64,000 nt of DNA from Dehalococcoidales bacterium (GCA_028707255.1 JAQTUQ010000005.1:5539-69538), one strand, 5' to 3'. Shown: positions 8,019 through 18,191, counted from the stretch's first letter. A program made the numbers and translations. The notes: a model not told the origin generated them from the sequence alone.

Positions 8019-9935
8019 ATGGCAAAAGCTATAGGAATCGATTTAGGCACTACTTTCAGTGAAGTAGCGGTGATGCAGGGTGGAGAACCGGTGGTCATTC
8101 CTTCTTCGGAGGGCGGCAACACAGTCCCCTCTTTCGTGGCAATCAGTAAATCGGGTGAAAGACTGGTCGGGCAAATCGCCAAGCGCCAGGCTATCATCAA
8201 CCCGGAAAATACTATTTACAGTATCAAGCGTTTTATGGGACGTAAATGGGGCGAACCGGCCGGGCGCGAACTTCCGGTAGAAGAAGATGCCAAGAGAAAG
8301 ACATACAAGGTAACCAAGGGACCGAATAACGAAGTAAAAGTGCTTATGGGCGGGCAGGAATACACCCCGCCCGAGATTTCGGCCATGATACTGCAAAAAC
8401 TGAAGGCGGATGCCGAGGCTTACCTGGGTGAAAAAGTAACCGATGCCGTAATTACGGTACCGGCTTATTTTAACGATGCCCAGAGACAAGCAACCAAGGA
8501 TGCCGGAAAGATTGCGGGACTGAACGTACTGAGAATCATAAACGAACCGACGGCAGCTTCACTGGCATACGGACTGGACAAGAAAAAGGATGAAACCATC
8601 GCTGTCTATGACCTGGGCGGCGGTACTTTCGATGTTTCAATACTCGAAATCGGAGACGGAACCTTCCAGGTTAAATCCACCAACGGTGACACCCACCTCG
8701 GCGGCGATGACTTCGACCAGAGAATCATAGATTGGTTAATCGAAGAGTTCAAAAAAGATCAGGGAATAGACCTCTCGGGCGATAAGACTGCTTTGCAACG
8801 TTTGAAGGAAGCCGCGGAGAAGGTGAAAATCGAGCTTTCCAGCGTTCAAAAGGCGGAGGTTAATCTGCCTTTTATTACCGCTGATTCAAGCGGGCCAAAA
8901 CATCTGAATATAACACTCACCAGGGCCAAACTGGAACAGCTGGTAATGGATCTGGTTGAAAAAACGATGACTCCCTGCAAGCAGGCTCTGACCGATGCCG
9001 GCAAAACAGCCGCCCAGATAGATGAAGTAGTGCTGGTCGGCGGGCAAACAAGAATGCCGCTGGTACAGGAAAAAGTAAAGCAGTTCTTCGGCAAGGAACC
9101 GAATAAAGGCGTTAACCCGGATGAAGTAGTGGCTGTCGGCGCCGCCATACAGGCCGGCGTGTTAAAGGGAGAGGTCAAGGACGTACTGCTTCTGGATGTT
9201 ACCCCGCTGACACTGGGTATCGAGACACTGGGCGGGGTTGCCACACCTTTAATCAACCGCAATACCACCATCCCCACCTCCAAGACACAGGTCTTCAGCA
9301 CAGCGGCCGATAACCAACCCAGCGTTGAAATCCATGTTTTGCAGGGTGAACGCCCCATGGCAGGCGATAACAGGACGCTGGGACGCTTTATTCTGGACGG
9401 CATACTCTCGGCTCCGAGAGGCGTACCTCAGATTGAAGTAAGTTTCGATATCGATGCCAACGGTATACTCAGTGTTAAGGCCAGGGATAAGGGCACCGGC
9501 AAGGAACAGAAGATTACCATTACCGCCTCCAGCGGTCTCAGCAAAGAGGATATAGAAAAGATGCAGCGTGATGCTGAAGCACATGCATCCGAAGACGCTA
9601 GGAGAAAAGAAGAAGTAGAGGCCAAGAATAACGCCGATAATATGGCTTACAGCGCCGAAAAGATGCTTAACGATAATAAAGAAAAGATTCCTGAAGAGAT
9701 GAAGAAAGAAATCGAGGATAAAATAGCGGCGGTACGCACTGCGCTTCAGGGTTCTGATGTAGAGGATATCAACAAGAAGGCACAGGAACTTTCGGAGCTT
9801 ATGCAGAAAGCAGGTGCTTCCGTATACGGACAGCAGAGCGGACAGGCAGCACCCGGTGACCAAACCGGTGAGGCAGAAGAAGCGCCCAAAAAAGATGATG
9901 AAGGTACCGTAGAAGGGGAGTTCCGCGAGGTATAA
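8019..9935 (+). CDS. dnaK: Chaperone DnaK (Hsp70)
   Basis: [16 protein letters not shown] and [10 protein letters not shown] signatures. 638 aa. Confidence 0.98.
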   Translation: MAKAIGIDLGTTFSEVAVMQGGEPVVIPSSEGGNTVPSFVAISKSGERLVGQIAKRQAIINPENTIYSIKRFMGRKWGEPAGRELPVEEDAKRKTYKVTKGPNNEVKVLMGGQEYTPPEISAMILQKLKADAEAYLGEKVTDAVITVPAYFNDAQRQATKDAGKIAGLNVLRIINEPTAASLAYGLDKKKDETIAVYDLGGGTFDVSILEIGDGTFQVKSTNGDTHLGGDDFDQRIIDWLIEEFKKDQGIDLSGDKTALQRLKEAAEKVKIELSSVQKAEVNLPFITADSSGPKHLNITLTRAKLEQLVMDLVEKTMTPCKQALTDAGKTAAQIDEVVLVGGQTRMPLVQEKVKQFFGKEPNKGVNPDEVVAVGAAIQAGVLKGEVKDVLLLDVTPLTLGIETLGGVATPLINRNTTIPTSKTQVFSTAADNQPSVEIHVLQGERPMAGDNRTLGRFILDGILSAPRGVPQIEVSFDIDANGILSVKARDKGTGKEQKITITASSGLSKEDIEKMQRDAEAHASEDARRKEEVEAKNNADNMAYSAEKMLNDNKEKIPEEMKKEIEDKIAAVRTALQGSDVEDINKKAQELSELMQKAGASVYGQQSGQAAPGDQTGEAEEAPKKDDEGTVEGEFREV

Positions 9936-9951
9936 TATCTTTCTAATTCAA

Positions 9952-9997
9952 GGGGAGTGGAATTTATGATAAATGAAGCGATTTCACTCCCCTTTTT
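9952..9997 (+). terminator. Intrinsic terminator after dnaK
   Basis: Stem GGGGAGTGGAAT / ATTTCACTCCCC (one mismatch) followed by TTTTT. Confidence 0.75.
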
Positions 9998-10097
9998 CCA
10001 GCGGACACCAGTAAAGCTTATTTATTAATCCTGGTTGCTTAGGCTTTTAGACAATTTCCCGATATATCATCGGACCTCAGGGCAAATGGAAATGTTA

Positions 10098-10203
10098 TTG
10101 TCATGCTTCGTCCCGAAATGTCGGGACGAAGCATCTTGGGAGTGGGGATAAATATTTTCCCCCAGGTTCTTCGGACTGATTTATCGGTTCTCGGGTATGA
10201 CAG
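10098..10203. repeat. Family-A paired-hairpin element in the dnaK-dnaJ spacer
   Basis: TTGTCATGCTTCGTCCCGAAATGTCGGGACGAAGCATCTTGGG...CCCCCAGGTTCTTCGG..GGGTATGACAG. A degenerate family-C remnant follows at about 10218-10262. Confidence 0.8.
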
Positions 10204-10334
10204 AAATATAAATTGATGAGCCCTTCGAAGGAAGCAGCGTCGGATTAATATCCATAGCAACCATGATTGATAAGAACCCGGTAATTTTTGCTGGAGTATT
10301 TGAATCTATATGATATATAATAGTAAGGTTAACT

Positions 10335-10359
10335 AAAAAAGGGGCATCGCCCCTTTTTT
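10335..10359. terminator. Bidirectional-looking GC hairpin flanked by A-run and T-run, 45 nt upstream of dnaJ
   Basis: AAAAAA GGGGC ATC GCCCC TTTTTT. Confidence 0.6.
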
Positions 10360-10406
10360 ATAGCGGATTATATCTAACCGAATAAGAGGACGGTAACTGA
10401 CTAAAT

Positions 10407-11483
10407 ATGGCACCAAAAAGGGATTATTACGAAGTTCTCGGCATTAATAAAAATGCCAGCGCCGATGATATAAAAAAAGCCTTTCGCAAACTAGCTTTCC
10501 AATGTCATCCGGACCACAACCAGGGCGACGACTCCGAAGCTAAATTCAAAGAAATAAACGAAGCTTACGGTGTTCTTTCGGACGATGAAAAGCGTGCCGC
10601 TTACGACCGCTTCGGACATGCCGGCGTCGACGGTACTTTCGGACAGGGATTCGGCGATTTCGGCTTTGGAGCCGGATTCGGCAGTATTTTCGAGGACTTT
10701 TTCGATGCTTTCGGCGGAGGTGGGGGACACAGAAGCGCCAGGCGCGGAGCCGACCTGCATCAAAAGATAACTATTACCTTCGAAGAAGCCGCCCTCGGTT
10801 GCAGCGCAGATATCAGGATTAACCGTTCGGAGCAATGTTCGAACTGCAATGGCAGCGGAGCCAGACCGGGCAGCCAAACCAGCCGCTGTACCGATTGTAA
10901 CGGTAGCGGAAAAGTAAAACGCGTACAGCAGAGCCTTTTCGGGCAATTCACCAATATCACCTCCTGCCCGAAGTGTAGCGGCGAAGGCAGTCTCATTACC
11001 GACCCCTGCCCGAAATGCAAGGGCTCCGGTAAGGAAAGAAAAGAACATAATATGAAGCTGAAAGTGCCGGCAGGAATCGATAACGGCACCAACCTGAAAT
11101 TAAACGGACAGGGTGACATCGGCGAGAAGGGAGCCCCGCCCGGAGACCTTTATGTTGCTATAGAAGTAAAACCGCACCCGTTCTTTTCCAGGGATGAAAC
11201 CAATGTTGTTTACAATCTGCCTATCAACTTTGCACAGGCAGCCCTCGGAACCGAGGTGGATATTCCGACGCTTTACGGAAATGAAACGCTGAAAGTACCG
11301 GCCGGCAGTCAATCCGGCAGGATATTTACGCTTAAAGGCAAGGGCATACAGCACCTGCGCCGCAACGCCAAAGGCGACCAACTGGTCAGGCTTGTTGTAG
11401 TAACGCCGGAAAAACTTACCAAAGAACAACGCCAATTATTCGAAGGGCTTGAAAAGAGCTTCGCCGAAAACGAGAAAAAATAA
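10407..11483 (+). CDS. dnaJ: Co-chaperone DnaJ (type I)
   Basis: J-domain HPD motif, G/F-rich region, and four CxxCxGxG zinc-finger repeats (CSNCNGSG, CTDCNGSG, CPKCSGEG, CPKCKGSG). Confidence 0.97.
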   Translation: MAPKRDYYEVLGINKNASADDIKKAFRKLAFQCHPDHNQGDDSEAKFKEINEAYGVLSDDEKRAAYDRFGHAGVDGTFGQGFGDFGFGAGFGSIFEDFFDAFGGGGGHRSARRGADLHQKITITFEEAALGCSADIRINRSEQCSNCNGSGARPGSQTSRCTDCNGSGKVKRVQQSLFGQFTNITSCPKCSGEGSLITDPCPKCKGSGKERKEHNMKLKVPAGIDNGTNLKLNGQGDIGEKGAPPGDLYVAIEVKPHPFFSRDETNVVYNLPINFAQAALGTEVDIPTLYGNETLKVPAGSQSGRIFTLKGKGIQHLRRNAKGDQLVRLVVVTPEKLTKEQRQLFEGLEKSFAENEKK

Positions 11484-11533
11484 GTCGGGGCATTATCAAA
11501 ATCTATTTTATCAAACCTTGGTAGTTTACAGCT

Positions 11534-11698
11534 AAATCCCTCTCAATCTCCGTTTGCCAAAGGGAGAAATGACTACGATGTTCTGTCTTACCATTTAAAC
11601 CCGTAAAGAATTACTATCGGATTAATTAAAAATCTGTTTTACAGTAATATAAAACTTATTCTTCCACTTTGGAAAAGGGGAATCAAAGGGGATTTTCC
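11534..11698. repeat. Two family-E hairpin modules (11534-11571, 11659-11698)
   Basis: TCTCCGTTTGCCAAAGGGAGA and CCACTTTGGAAAAGGGGAATCAAAGGGGATT, related to 25211-25352 and 49030-49059. Confidence 0.7.
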
Positions 11699-11802
11699 TC
11701 GACTGTCTCCAACGTCAGGTTTGATTTATAATCGGGTTGACTAATATAGACTGCTAACCCAGATTGATATAAGGATTGATTAAAAAGCGGATTTATCGAT
11801 TA

Positions 11803-12870
11803 TTAAACGGTTGCGTGGTTGTTCTTCCTGGGACGTCCGAAGAAACTCTTGAAGTCCCAGCGTCGGCCGGCAAGCTCGTGCCTGCCTTTAGCACCCAAAA
11901 GCTCGCTGATTACCTGCTTGGCGTCGGCGCCGTTATACATCACCTGGTACATCTTTTCCGCAATCGGCATTTCGATATTCAGTTTTTTAGCCATATCGTT
12001 AACAGCAGCCGTCGTAGCGACGCCCTCGGCGACACCTGCCATCGTTGACGTTATATCTTGCAGCTTGCGCCCTTTGGTCAATTCCACGCCCACATAATGG
12101 TTACGGCTGAGGGGACTGGCACAGGTGGCAATCAGGTCGCCCAGCCCCGATAATCCGGAAAGCGTCAACGGATTTGCCCCCAGAGCCAGGCTGAGAGCAG
12201 CCATCTCGGTCAAACCCCTGGTAATAAACGCCGCTTTGGCGTTATCGCCATACCCCAGCCCGTCTACCATGCCGGCGCCGAGCGCGATAACATTCTTAAG
12301 CGCACCACCCAACTCAACACCGATAATATCATTGTTGGTATAAATGGAAAAGTTGGGAGCAGTCAGCAGCTTCTGCGCTTTTTTGGCAACTGTATTATCC
12401 TCCGCCGCTATCACTGCCGAAGCCGGTAATCCGGCAAGAACCTCTTTATGCAGATTTGGACCCGAAAGAACGCATATATTATGATGGCAAGCGGGGGGAA
12501 GCTCTTCGGCTATCACCTGGGACATACGTTTATTTGAGCCGTATTCCAACCCCTTGGACGCGTTTATTATAAGCATCGTCTCACTGACATGGTTTTTTAT
12601 AACCAGCAGATTCTGCCGCATGGTCTGGGACGGAACCACCAGTAATACGGCAACGACACTCGATAAAGCCTTTTTGGGAGAAGCGGTAACGGTTATTTGC
12701 GGCGGGAATACGACATTGGGAAGTTGCCTGGAATCGGGTCCTTTTTTTATCAGTCTTTCAGCCTCTTCTTCAGTCCTGGCCCATAGCCTGACATCTATAC
12801 CTTTATTGGCCAATACCATTCCCAGAGTTATTCCCCAGGCGGTAGTTCCTACTATTGCAACTTTCGGCAT
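11803..12870 (-). CDS. gpsA: NAD(P)H-dependent glycerol-3-phosphate dehydrogenase
   Basis: N-terminal Rossmann fold (VAIVGTTAWG), GpsA core (GALKNVIALGAG), and context downstream of der-plsY. Confidence 0.9.
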   Translation of the reverse strand: MPKVAIVGTTAWGITLGMVLANKGIDVRLWARTEEEAERLIKKGPDSRQLPNVVFPPQITVTASPKKALSSVVAVLLVVPSQTMRQNLLVIKNHVSETMLIINASKGLEYGSNKRMSQVIAEELPPACHHNICVLSGPNLHKEVLAGLPASAVIAAEDNTVAKKAQKLLTAPNFSIYTNNDIIGVELGGALKNVIALGAGMVDGLGYGDNAKAAFITRGLTEMAALSLALGANPLTLSGLSGLGDLIATCASPLSRNHYVGVELTKGRKLQDITSTMAGVAEGVATTAAVNDMAKKLNIEMPIAEKMYQVMYNGADAKQVISELLGAKGRHELAGRRWDFKSFFGRPRKNNHATV

Positions 12871-12890
12871 AATAACTTACTGATTGGAGA

Positions 12891-13595
12891 TTAAATATCC
12901 GTCAGGGAATTACCGAGATTTTTAGGCTCGCTTTGTTCCGCCTTTTGCCCCAGTTTCCGCTCCTTACCGGAAAGCAACCTCTTGATATTGTCACGATGCA
13001 TAAAAATAATGAGCAGTGTGCCTGCCAAGACATAGGCAAGATATTCCACAGGAAATCCATACATTATGGTGAGCGGAATAAGAATGGCATAAGCCCCTAC
13101 CACGCCGATTATAGAACCCAGCGAAACAAAACCGCTGATACCGGCAGTAATAATAAGAGCTTCGCCTCCGAAAAGACCGGCCGCAGGGCACAGGGCAATC
13201 AGTCCACCGAGAAAAGTAGCTACTCCTCTCCCCCCCTTGAACTTGACAAAAATCGGCCATATATGACCGACAACCGCCGCAAGACCGGCCAATGCCTGGG
13301 CAAATACCAATCCCAGATATCCATACGACCCTATTGCCATGGAATCCGTGCCTATAACGATACCGGCAATAACCACTGCCAGCGCGCCCTTGGCAATATC
13401 GAGGCTGGCTACAAGAATGAAAGCCTTCCTGCCGAGCGTTCTTAAAACATTGGTACCGCCGGTTTTGCCGCTTCCATAATTACGAATATCTATATGTGCC
13501 TTGCGCTTACCGACAATGACCCCGAAAGGTATGGAGCCCAACAGATAGCCGATAAAAGCAACCAGTATAAACTTTGCTATTACCAATGTTATCAT
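12891..13595 (-). CDS. plsY: Glycerol-3-phosphate acyltransferase PlsY (with about 30-aa hydrophilic C-terminal tail)
   Basis: GSGKTGGTNV motif. Polytopic. 4-nt overlap with der. Confidence 0.9.
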   Translation of the reverse strand: MITLVIAKFILVAFIGYLLGSIPFGVIVGKRKAHIDIRNYGSGKTGGTNVLRTLGRKAFILVASLDIAKGALAVVIAGIVIGTDSMAIGSYGYLGLVFAQALAGLAAVVGHIWPIFVKFKGGRGVATFLGGLIALCPAAGLFGGEALIITAGISGFVSLGSIIGVVGAYAILIPLTIMYGFPVEYLAYVLAGTLLIIFMHRDNIKRLLSGKERKLGQKAEQSEPKNLGNSLTDI

Positions 13596-14905
13596 TGTTC
13601 ACCCCTTGGTTTGAATACCAGTTGTATGGGTGTTCCGTCGAAACCGAAAGCGTCACGCAAATTGTTTTCAAGAAAGCGTTTGTAGGTAAAATGAACCAGC
13701 CTGGCATCGTTGACGAAGAATACGAATGTCGGAGGGTTCGTTTCAGCCTGGGTGGCATAAAACAGGCTTAACTGCCTGGTTCCGCTTCTGGGGGGAGCAT
13801 GGGACGCCGCTACGCGCTGAATAAAACTGTTCAACTCACCGGTAGCTATACGCTTATGTCGTTCTTTATGTATCCGCGAGGCCAGCGGAATTATCCTGTC
13901 CGTTCCCTGTTTTAATTTAGCCGATATCTGAAGAATCGGAGCATAAGATAAAAACTTCATCTTCCCCCTGATATATCTCTCACACTCAGCAGCGGTTAAA
14001 TCCATTGCTAAATCCCACTTATTAACAATTATTATGATACCCTTGGCTTCCTGTTGAACATAACCGGCAATATGCATATCCTGCGCAGCAACGAGCTCGG
14101 TGGCATCCAGAATAAGCAAAACCACATCCGCTCTATCCATTGCCCGAAAAGAGCGCAACACACTATACTGTTCAACACCGCGGTCGATACGGCCTCTCCG
14201 CCGCACACCCGCCGTATCAATAATTAACACACTTTGTCCCATAAAGTCAAGTGCTGTGTCTATGGCATCACGGGTCGTACCCGGTATATCACTGACGATA
14301 GACCTTTCTTCTCCCAGCAGGGCATTTAAAAGCATCGATTTGCCGGCATTCGGTCTGCCGACAATCGCTATCTTCAATATATCTTCGGGGAGATTGACCT
14401 CGGGAGCATCGGGGAGTAAGGAAATGACTTTATCCAGCAAATCCGAGATGCCCAGCCCGTGATAGGCACTGATAATCATCGGTTCTCCCAGCCCCAGCTG
14501 ATAAAAATCGACCGCATTGGATTCCAGCTTATCGTTATCAGCCTTATTGGCAACCAGTAAAACGGGCTTTTTAGAATTTCGTAATAACTCCGTTATTTCG
14601 AAATCTGAGGGGATTACCCCGTCCTTTATGTCTACCAGAAAGATAATCAGGTCTGCCCCACCCATAGCGGTAATAACCTGCTGGTTAACGGCCTGCGCCA
14701 TATTTGACGCTGCTCCCATTTCCAATCCGCCGGTATCCACTACCATGAACTCTTTTTCCTGCCACGGAATATTAACGGTAACACGGTCACGCGTAGTGCC
14801 GGGTATTTCACTTACTATGGAAAGCTGCTTGCCTGCCAGACGGTTCAACAGGGTTGATTTCCCCACGTTCTGTCTGCCGACAATCGCTACAATCGGCCTT
14901 GTCAA
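13592..14905 (-). CDS. der: Ribosome-biogenesis GTPase Der (EngA)
   Basis: Two tandem G domains (GRQNVGKST and GRPNAGKSM P-loops) plus a KH-like C-terminus. Confidence 0.95.
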   Translation of the reverse strand: MTRPIVAIVGRQNVGKSTLLNRLAGKQLSIVSEIPGTTRDRVTVNIPWQEKEFMVVDTGGLEMGAASNMAQAVNQQVITAMGGADLIIFLVDIKDGVIPSDFEITELLRNSKKPVLLVANKADNDKLESNAVDFYQLGLGEPMIISAYHGLGISDLLDKVISLLPDAPEVNLPEDILKIAIVGRPNAGKSMLLNALLGEERSIVSDIPGTTRDAIDTALDFMGQSVLIIDTAGVRRRGRIDRGVEQYSVLRSFRAMDRADVVLLILDATELVAAQDMHIAGYVQQEAKGIIIIVNKWDLAMDLTAAECERYIRGKMKFLSYAPILQISAKLKQGTDRIIPLASRIHKERHKRIATGELNSFIQRVAASHAPPRSGTRQLSLFYATQAETNPPTFVFFVNDARLVHFTYKRFLENNLRDAFGFDGTPIQLVFKPRGEQ

Positions 14906-14961
14906 AACCCCTCCAAACTTCCCCTATGCCTGATTACAACCTGTGATAAGGTAAAATATTT

Positions 14962-15639
14962 TTATTTTTTTAATGAAGAATGTTGTACCGTAAACGGAGC
15001 TACTTCCCGCGCTGTTTTGATGCTGGGCGGCTCGATTTCCGTACGGGCAACCTTCCTCATTTCGGATATCAGTTCACGAAACTGAGTAACGAATGTATTG
15101 TATTCGACCACGAATTTGCCGTATTGTTCCCTTGTTTCTTCGGGAACTTCGATTTTTTCGACCACTTCGCAAAATTGTTCGATATATTCATAATAAAGGT
15201 TATTTATTATCCATAACTCATTGGTATAAGCCCTGAGATAGATGCTGAATCTGCCGGTTTTGTTATCGGACTCAAGTCGGGTAATAAGCCCGTTTACCCA
15301 CGCATTAAAAACACGAGCGGACATATCGCAGGCGCGCGCCCATTCCCATAATTTGGGGTTATCGGTTTTGAATAAAGTATCTATAATAACAAAAATGGAT
15401 TGCGATGAATCCACCATGAAGCGGCGCACAAAATACCCGGTAAGCTCTTTCAGTTTCTGTGAATTGCGTTCGACCTCTTTTTCCCGGGCGCTGACAGCGA
15501 TAATCGCCAGCCCGATAATCAGTATAACACCCATTATCACAGCCATAGCTTCCAACGGCCATTCCAGTAGAATACCGGTGATAGCCAGAGCCGTAATAAC
15601 AATTAAAGGCCAACCGCGGGAGAGCATGGCTATAAACAT
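14962..15639 (-). CDS. Hypothetical membrane protein (2 N-terminal TM plus helical cytoplasmic domain)
   Basis: 225-aa ORF tightly packed between argF and der on the same strand. No recognisable family. Confidence 0.55.
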   Translation of the reverse strand: MFIAMLSRGWPLIVITALAITGILLEWPLEAMAVIMGVILIIGLAIIAVSAREKEVERNSQKLKELTGYFVRRFMVDSSQSIFVIIDTLFKTDNPKLWEWARACDMSARVFNAWVNGLITRLESDNKTGRFSIYLRAYTNELWIINNLYYEYIEQFCEVVEKIEVPEETREQYGKFVVEYNTFVTQFRELISEMRKVARTEIEPPSIKTAREVAPFTVQHSSLKK

Positions 15640-15654
15640 ATCAATAACCCCCTC

Positions 15655-16593
15655 TTATCGATATCCCAGCTGTACTTCAAGTCCGCCCAGCATGTACAGC
15701 AATATCGCCTTGGCAACATGCATACGGTTCTCCGCCTGGTCATAAACCACCGAAGCGGCACTATCCATTACCTCATCGGTAACTTCTTCCCCGCGATGCG
15801 CCGGCAGGCAGTGCATAAATACGGCATCTTTTTTTGCCAGTGACATCAGCTCACTGTTTACTTGGTAATCTTTAAACGCCTTGCGTTTTATTTCAGACTC
15901 TTCTTCCTGACCCATGCTGACCCAGGTATCGGTATATACCGCATCGGCCCCTTTGACAGCCGTTTGAGGGTCATCGCAACAAAGCACTTCAACCCTGCTT
16001 TCAGCGGCATAAGTCTGCGCCAGATGCAGAATGCTTTCTTCCACCTTATAGCCTTTAGGGGATGCGATTCTGAAGTTTATTCCGCACATGGCAGATATCA
16101 GCATCAGGCTGTTGGCAACATTATTGCCGTCGCCGATATAGGCTATGGTTAGATCCTTAAACTCACCCTTCTTTTCATATATAGTAAACACATCGGCCAG
16201 AGCCTGGCACGGATGCTCGAAATCGGAAAGCACGTTTATCACCGGCACTGTGGAATACTCCGCCAGTTCTTCAATAGTCTTGTGGCTGAAGGTTCTTGCC
16301 GCGATGATATCGGCAAAACGGGAAAGTACGCAGGCAACATCCTTAACGGATTCGCGTTTGCCCAATCCCACTTCGGCAGGAGATAAATAGATCGCCTTTC
16401 CGCCCAGTTGATACATGGCAACTTCCAGGCTGACACGTGTTCTGAGCGAGGGTTTTTCGAACAGAAGCGCCAATACTTTGCCACTGAGGAATGAACTGCA
16501 TCCCCTTGACTTCAGTTCCTCGGTATCCGAAAGCAGCAATTGAATATCTTCCCTGCTCAAGTCTGCTGCCGATAATAAATCCTTACCTTTCAA
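15655..16593 (-). CDS. argF: Ornithine carbamoyltransferase
   Basis: SLRTR, HPCQALAD and HCLPAHRGEE motifs. Start set at TTG 16593 (MKGKDLLSAADLS, the typical OTC N-terminus). The ORF is open to GTG 16632. Confidence 0.9.
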   Translation of the reverse strand: MKGKDLLSAADLSREDIQLLLSDTEELKSRGCSSFLSGKVLALLFEKPSLRTRVSLEVAMYQLGGKAIYLSPAEVGLGKRESVKDVACVLSRFADIIAARTFSHKTIEELAEYSTVPVINVLSDFEHPCQALADVFTIYEKKGEFKDLTIAYIGDGNNVANSLMLISAMCGINFRIASPKGYKVEESILHLAQTYAAESRVEVLCCDDPQTAVKGADAVYTDTWVSMGQEEESEIKRKAFKDYQVNSELMSLAKKDAVFMHCLPAHRGEEVTDEVMDSAASVVYDQAENRMHVAKAILLYMLGGLEVQLGYR

Positions 16594-16758
16594 TAAACAC
16601 CTGTTCCTGCCTATATGCTCAAAGTATATCACGAATCACATTTCGCAAACAATGACTTTTATCCGCATACAAGACTTCGCTTCTCCGGTTTTACGGAGCA
16701 AGGTTTCAAACTTCATTCCCCTAAACCACCTTCTCCGATTTCAGAGAAATGTGTATTT

Positions 16759-16857
16759 CCTCACCCTACAACTCCCTCCTCCGCGCGCAGAGAGGGAGAG
16801 TTAGCCTTATCGATATCATATCCCCTCTCCGTGGACGGAGAGGGGTCAGGGGTGAGG
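16759..16857. repeat. Family-D long inverted repeat (CCTCACCC ... GGGTGAGG type)
   Basis: CCTCACCCTACAACTCCCTCCTCCGCGCGCAGAGAGGGAG ... CCCCTCTCCGTGGACGGAGAGGGGTCAGGGGTGAGG. Second copy at 36541-36632. Confidence 0.8.
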
Positions 16858-16870
16858 TAATCGATGCCTA

Positions 16871-16899
16871 TTGACACTGCATTGATGTTCTATTAATAT
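16871..16899 (+). promoter_or_regulatory. Sigma-70-like promoter upstream of the DUF4342-like gene
   Basis: TTGACA, 17-nt spacer, TAATAT. Confidence 0.5.
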
Positions 16900-16933
16900 G
16901 TTTTTAATTGGATTAAATAAAAGGATTAAAGTT

Positions 16934-17230
16934 ATGAGCAGCGAAAGATTTACCGTATCCGGCGATGATTTACTGGCTAAAATCAAGCAACTGATACACG
17001 AAGGCAACATCAGGAAAGTTCGCATCATTCACGATAACAAGACGATTATCGAGATTCCCCTGTCCATCGGTGCTCCCATAGCCGCCATCGGCATACTGGC
17101 TGCTCCGGTTCTGGCAGCCATCGGCGCCTTTGCCGCCCTGGTTACCGAATGCACCATTGAAGTCGAAAAAATAAATGAGGATACTATACAAACCGATGAT
17201 TATACAGTGCATCAAGACGAAAATAAGTAA
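16934..17230 (+). CDS. DUF4342-like small protein
   Basis: ATG with AAGGA SD. LIHEGNIRKVRI...PLSIGAPIAAIGILAAPVLAAIGAFAALVTECTIEVEK matches my recollection of DUF4342. Confidence 0.7.
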   Translation: MSSERFTVSGDDLLAKIKQLIHEGNIRKVRIIHDNKTIIEIPLSIGAPIAAIGILAAPVLAAIGAFAALVTECTIEVEKINEDTIQTDDYTVHQDENK

Positions 17231-17231
17231 G

Positions 17232-17639
17232 GTGAGCCTGATTTTTCTATTGATATTAACAGTTCTTTCGATATCAGTTATGTCATGTGATTCATCTACA
17301 TCGAACGGAGTATTTATGAATAAAACCGTTGCGGAGTGTTATACCCTTATTCAGGAGAATAAAGACAACCCCGATTTTATCATACTGGATGTGCGCACAC
17401 CTGCCGAATACGCCTCCGGCTATATAGAAAATGCTGTTAATATAGATTATTATGAGGATGATTTCGAGGAAACACTTGATACCTACGATAAGAACAAAAC
17501 CTATCTGATTTACTGCCGCACCGCCAACCGCACTGCTTCCGTGATGACTATTATGCAAAGACTGGAGTTTACAGAAGTATATAATATGCAGGGCGGCATC
17601 AACGCATGGATAAGTGCAGGATATCCGGTAGTATCGTAG
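17232..17639 (+). CDS. Rhodanese-domain sulfurtransferase, probable lipoprotein
   Basis: Active-site loop CRTANRT, signal peptide and SVMSC lipobox-like motif. The GTG 17232 start is chosen to avoid overlap and is uncertain. Confidence 0.75.
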   Translation: MSLIFLLILTVLSISVMSCDSSTSNGVFMNKTVAECYTLIQENKDNPDFIILDVRTPAEYASGYIENAVNIDYYEDDFEETLDTYDKNKTYLIYCRTANRTASVMTIMQRLEFTEVYNMQGGINAWISAGYPVVS

Positions 17640-17690
17640 CTATTTGATATCTTTAATCCCAATTAATCAACCTTATCTTCTGTTGCTCTT

Positions 17691-17769
17691 AAACCTTTCG
17701 ACAGGCTCAAGGCGAACGGAAGAATGAATCTTTAGCCGCTCGTGGTGAGCTTATCGAATCCATAGCGGC
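17691..17769. repeat. Family-C and C' hairpin modules
   Basis: CCTTTCGACAGGCTCAAGGCGAACGGA and GCCGCTCGTGGTGAGCTTATCGAATCCATAGCGGC (the reverse orientation of 2290-2324). Confidence 0.8.
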
Positions 17770-17812
17770 TTCGAATTCTATTCACAACACAATAATAGAA
17801 GGACTTAGTCTA

Positions 17813-17962
17813 TCAAAGGGATTGACCTAAAAACAGCGGCCAGACAACGATACCTAAAATTATTTTCCACCATACCAGGTGCCCATAACCGATGGTGAAT
17901 AACCACCCGATAAACCAGATGGTACCGCCCAGAGCCGGCCCGGCAGAACTACGCTTATCCAT
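17813..17962 (-). CDS. Small (49 aa) 2-TM Trp-rich membrane protein
   Basis: ATG 17962 preceded by a strong SD (AAGGAGGG). The longer ORF to 18013 lacks an SD. Confidence 0.5.
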   Translation of the reverse strand: MDKRSSAGPALGGTIWFIGWLFTIGYGHLVWWKIILGIVVWPLFLGQSL

Positions 17963-18139
17963 AAATCCCTCCTTGAGATATTGTTCTGATAATAATAGCA
18001 CTTTTTTAAGCATTTGAGTCGATTTTCTTTATATTAATTAAGTTATTTCTTAATATTATCTTTAACATACTAATAATGTGTTTTGCATATTACAATCAAA
18101 TAATGAATGGATAAATAGAAAATGGTTGGCATCAGTATA

Positions 18140-18168
18140 TTGACTGCGATATTACATTATGTTATTCT
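18140..18168 (+). promoter_or_regulatory. Sigma-70-like promoter upstream of the receiver-domain gene
   Basis: TTGACT, 17-nt spacer, TATTCT, within an AT-rich spacer. Confidence 0.5.
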
Positions 18169-18191
18169 TGTAAATCGTAAAAGATAAACCG

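Noticed and set aside
8043-9863. Multiple long minus-strand ORFs (148-204 aa) inside dnaK
   Set aside because: They are antisense to an unmistakable Hsp70 gene. Their translations are low-complexity (Ser/Leu/Arg-rich), lack SD sequences and match no recognisable family.
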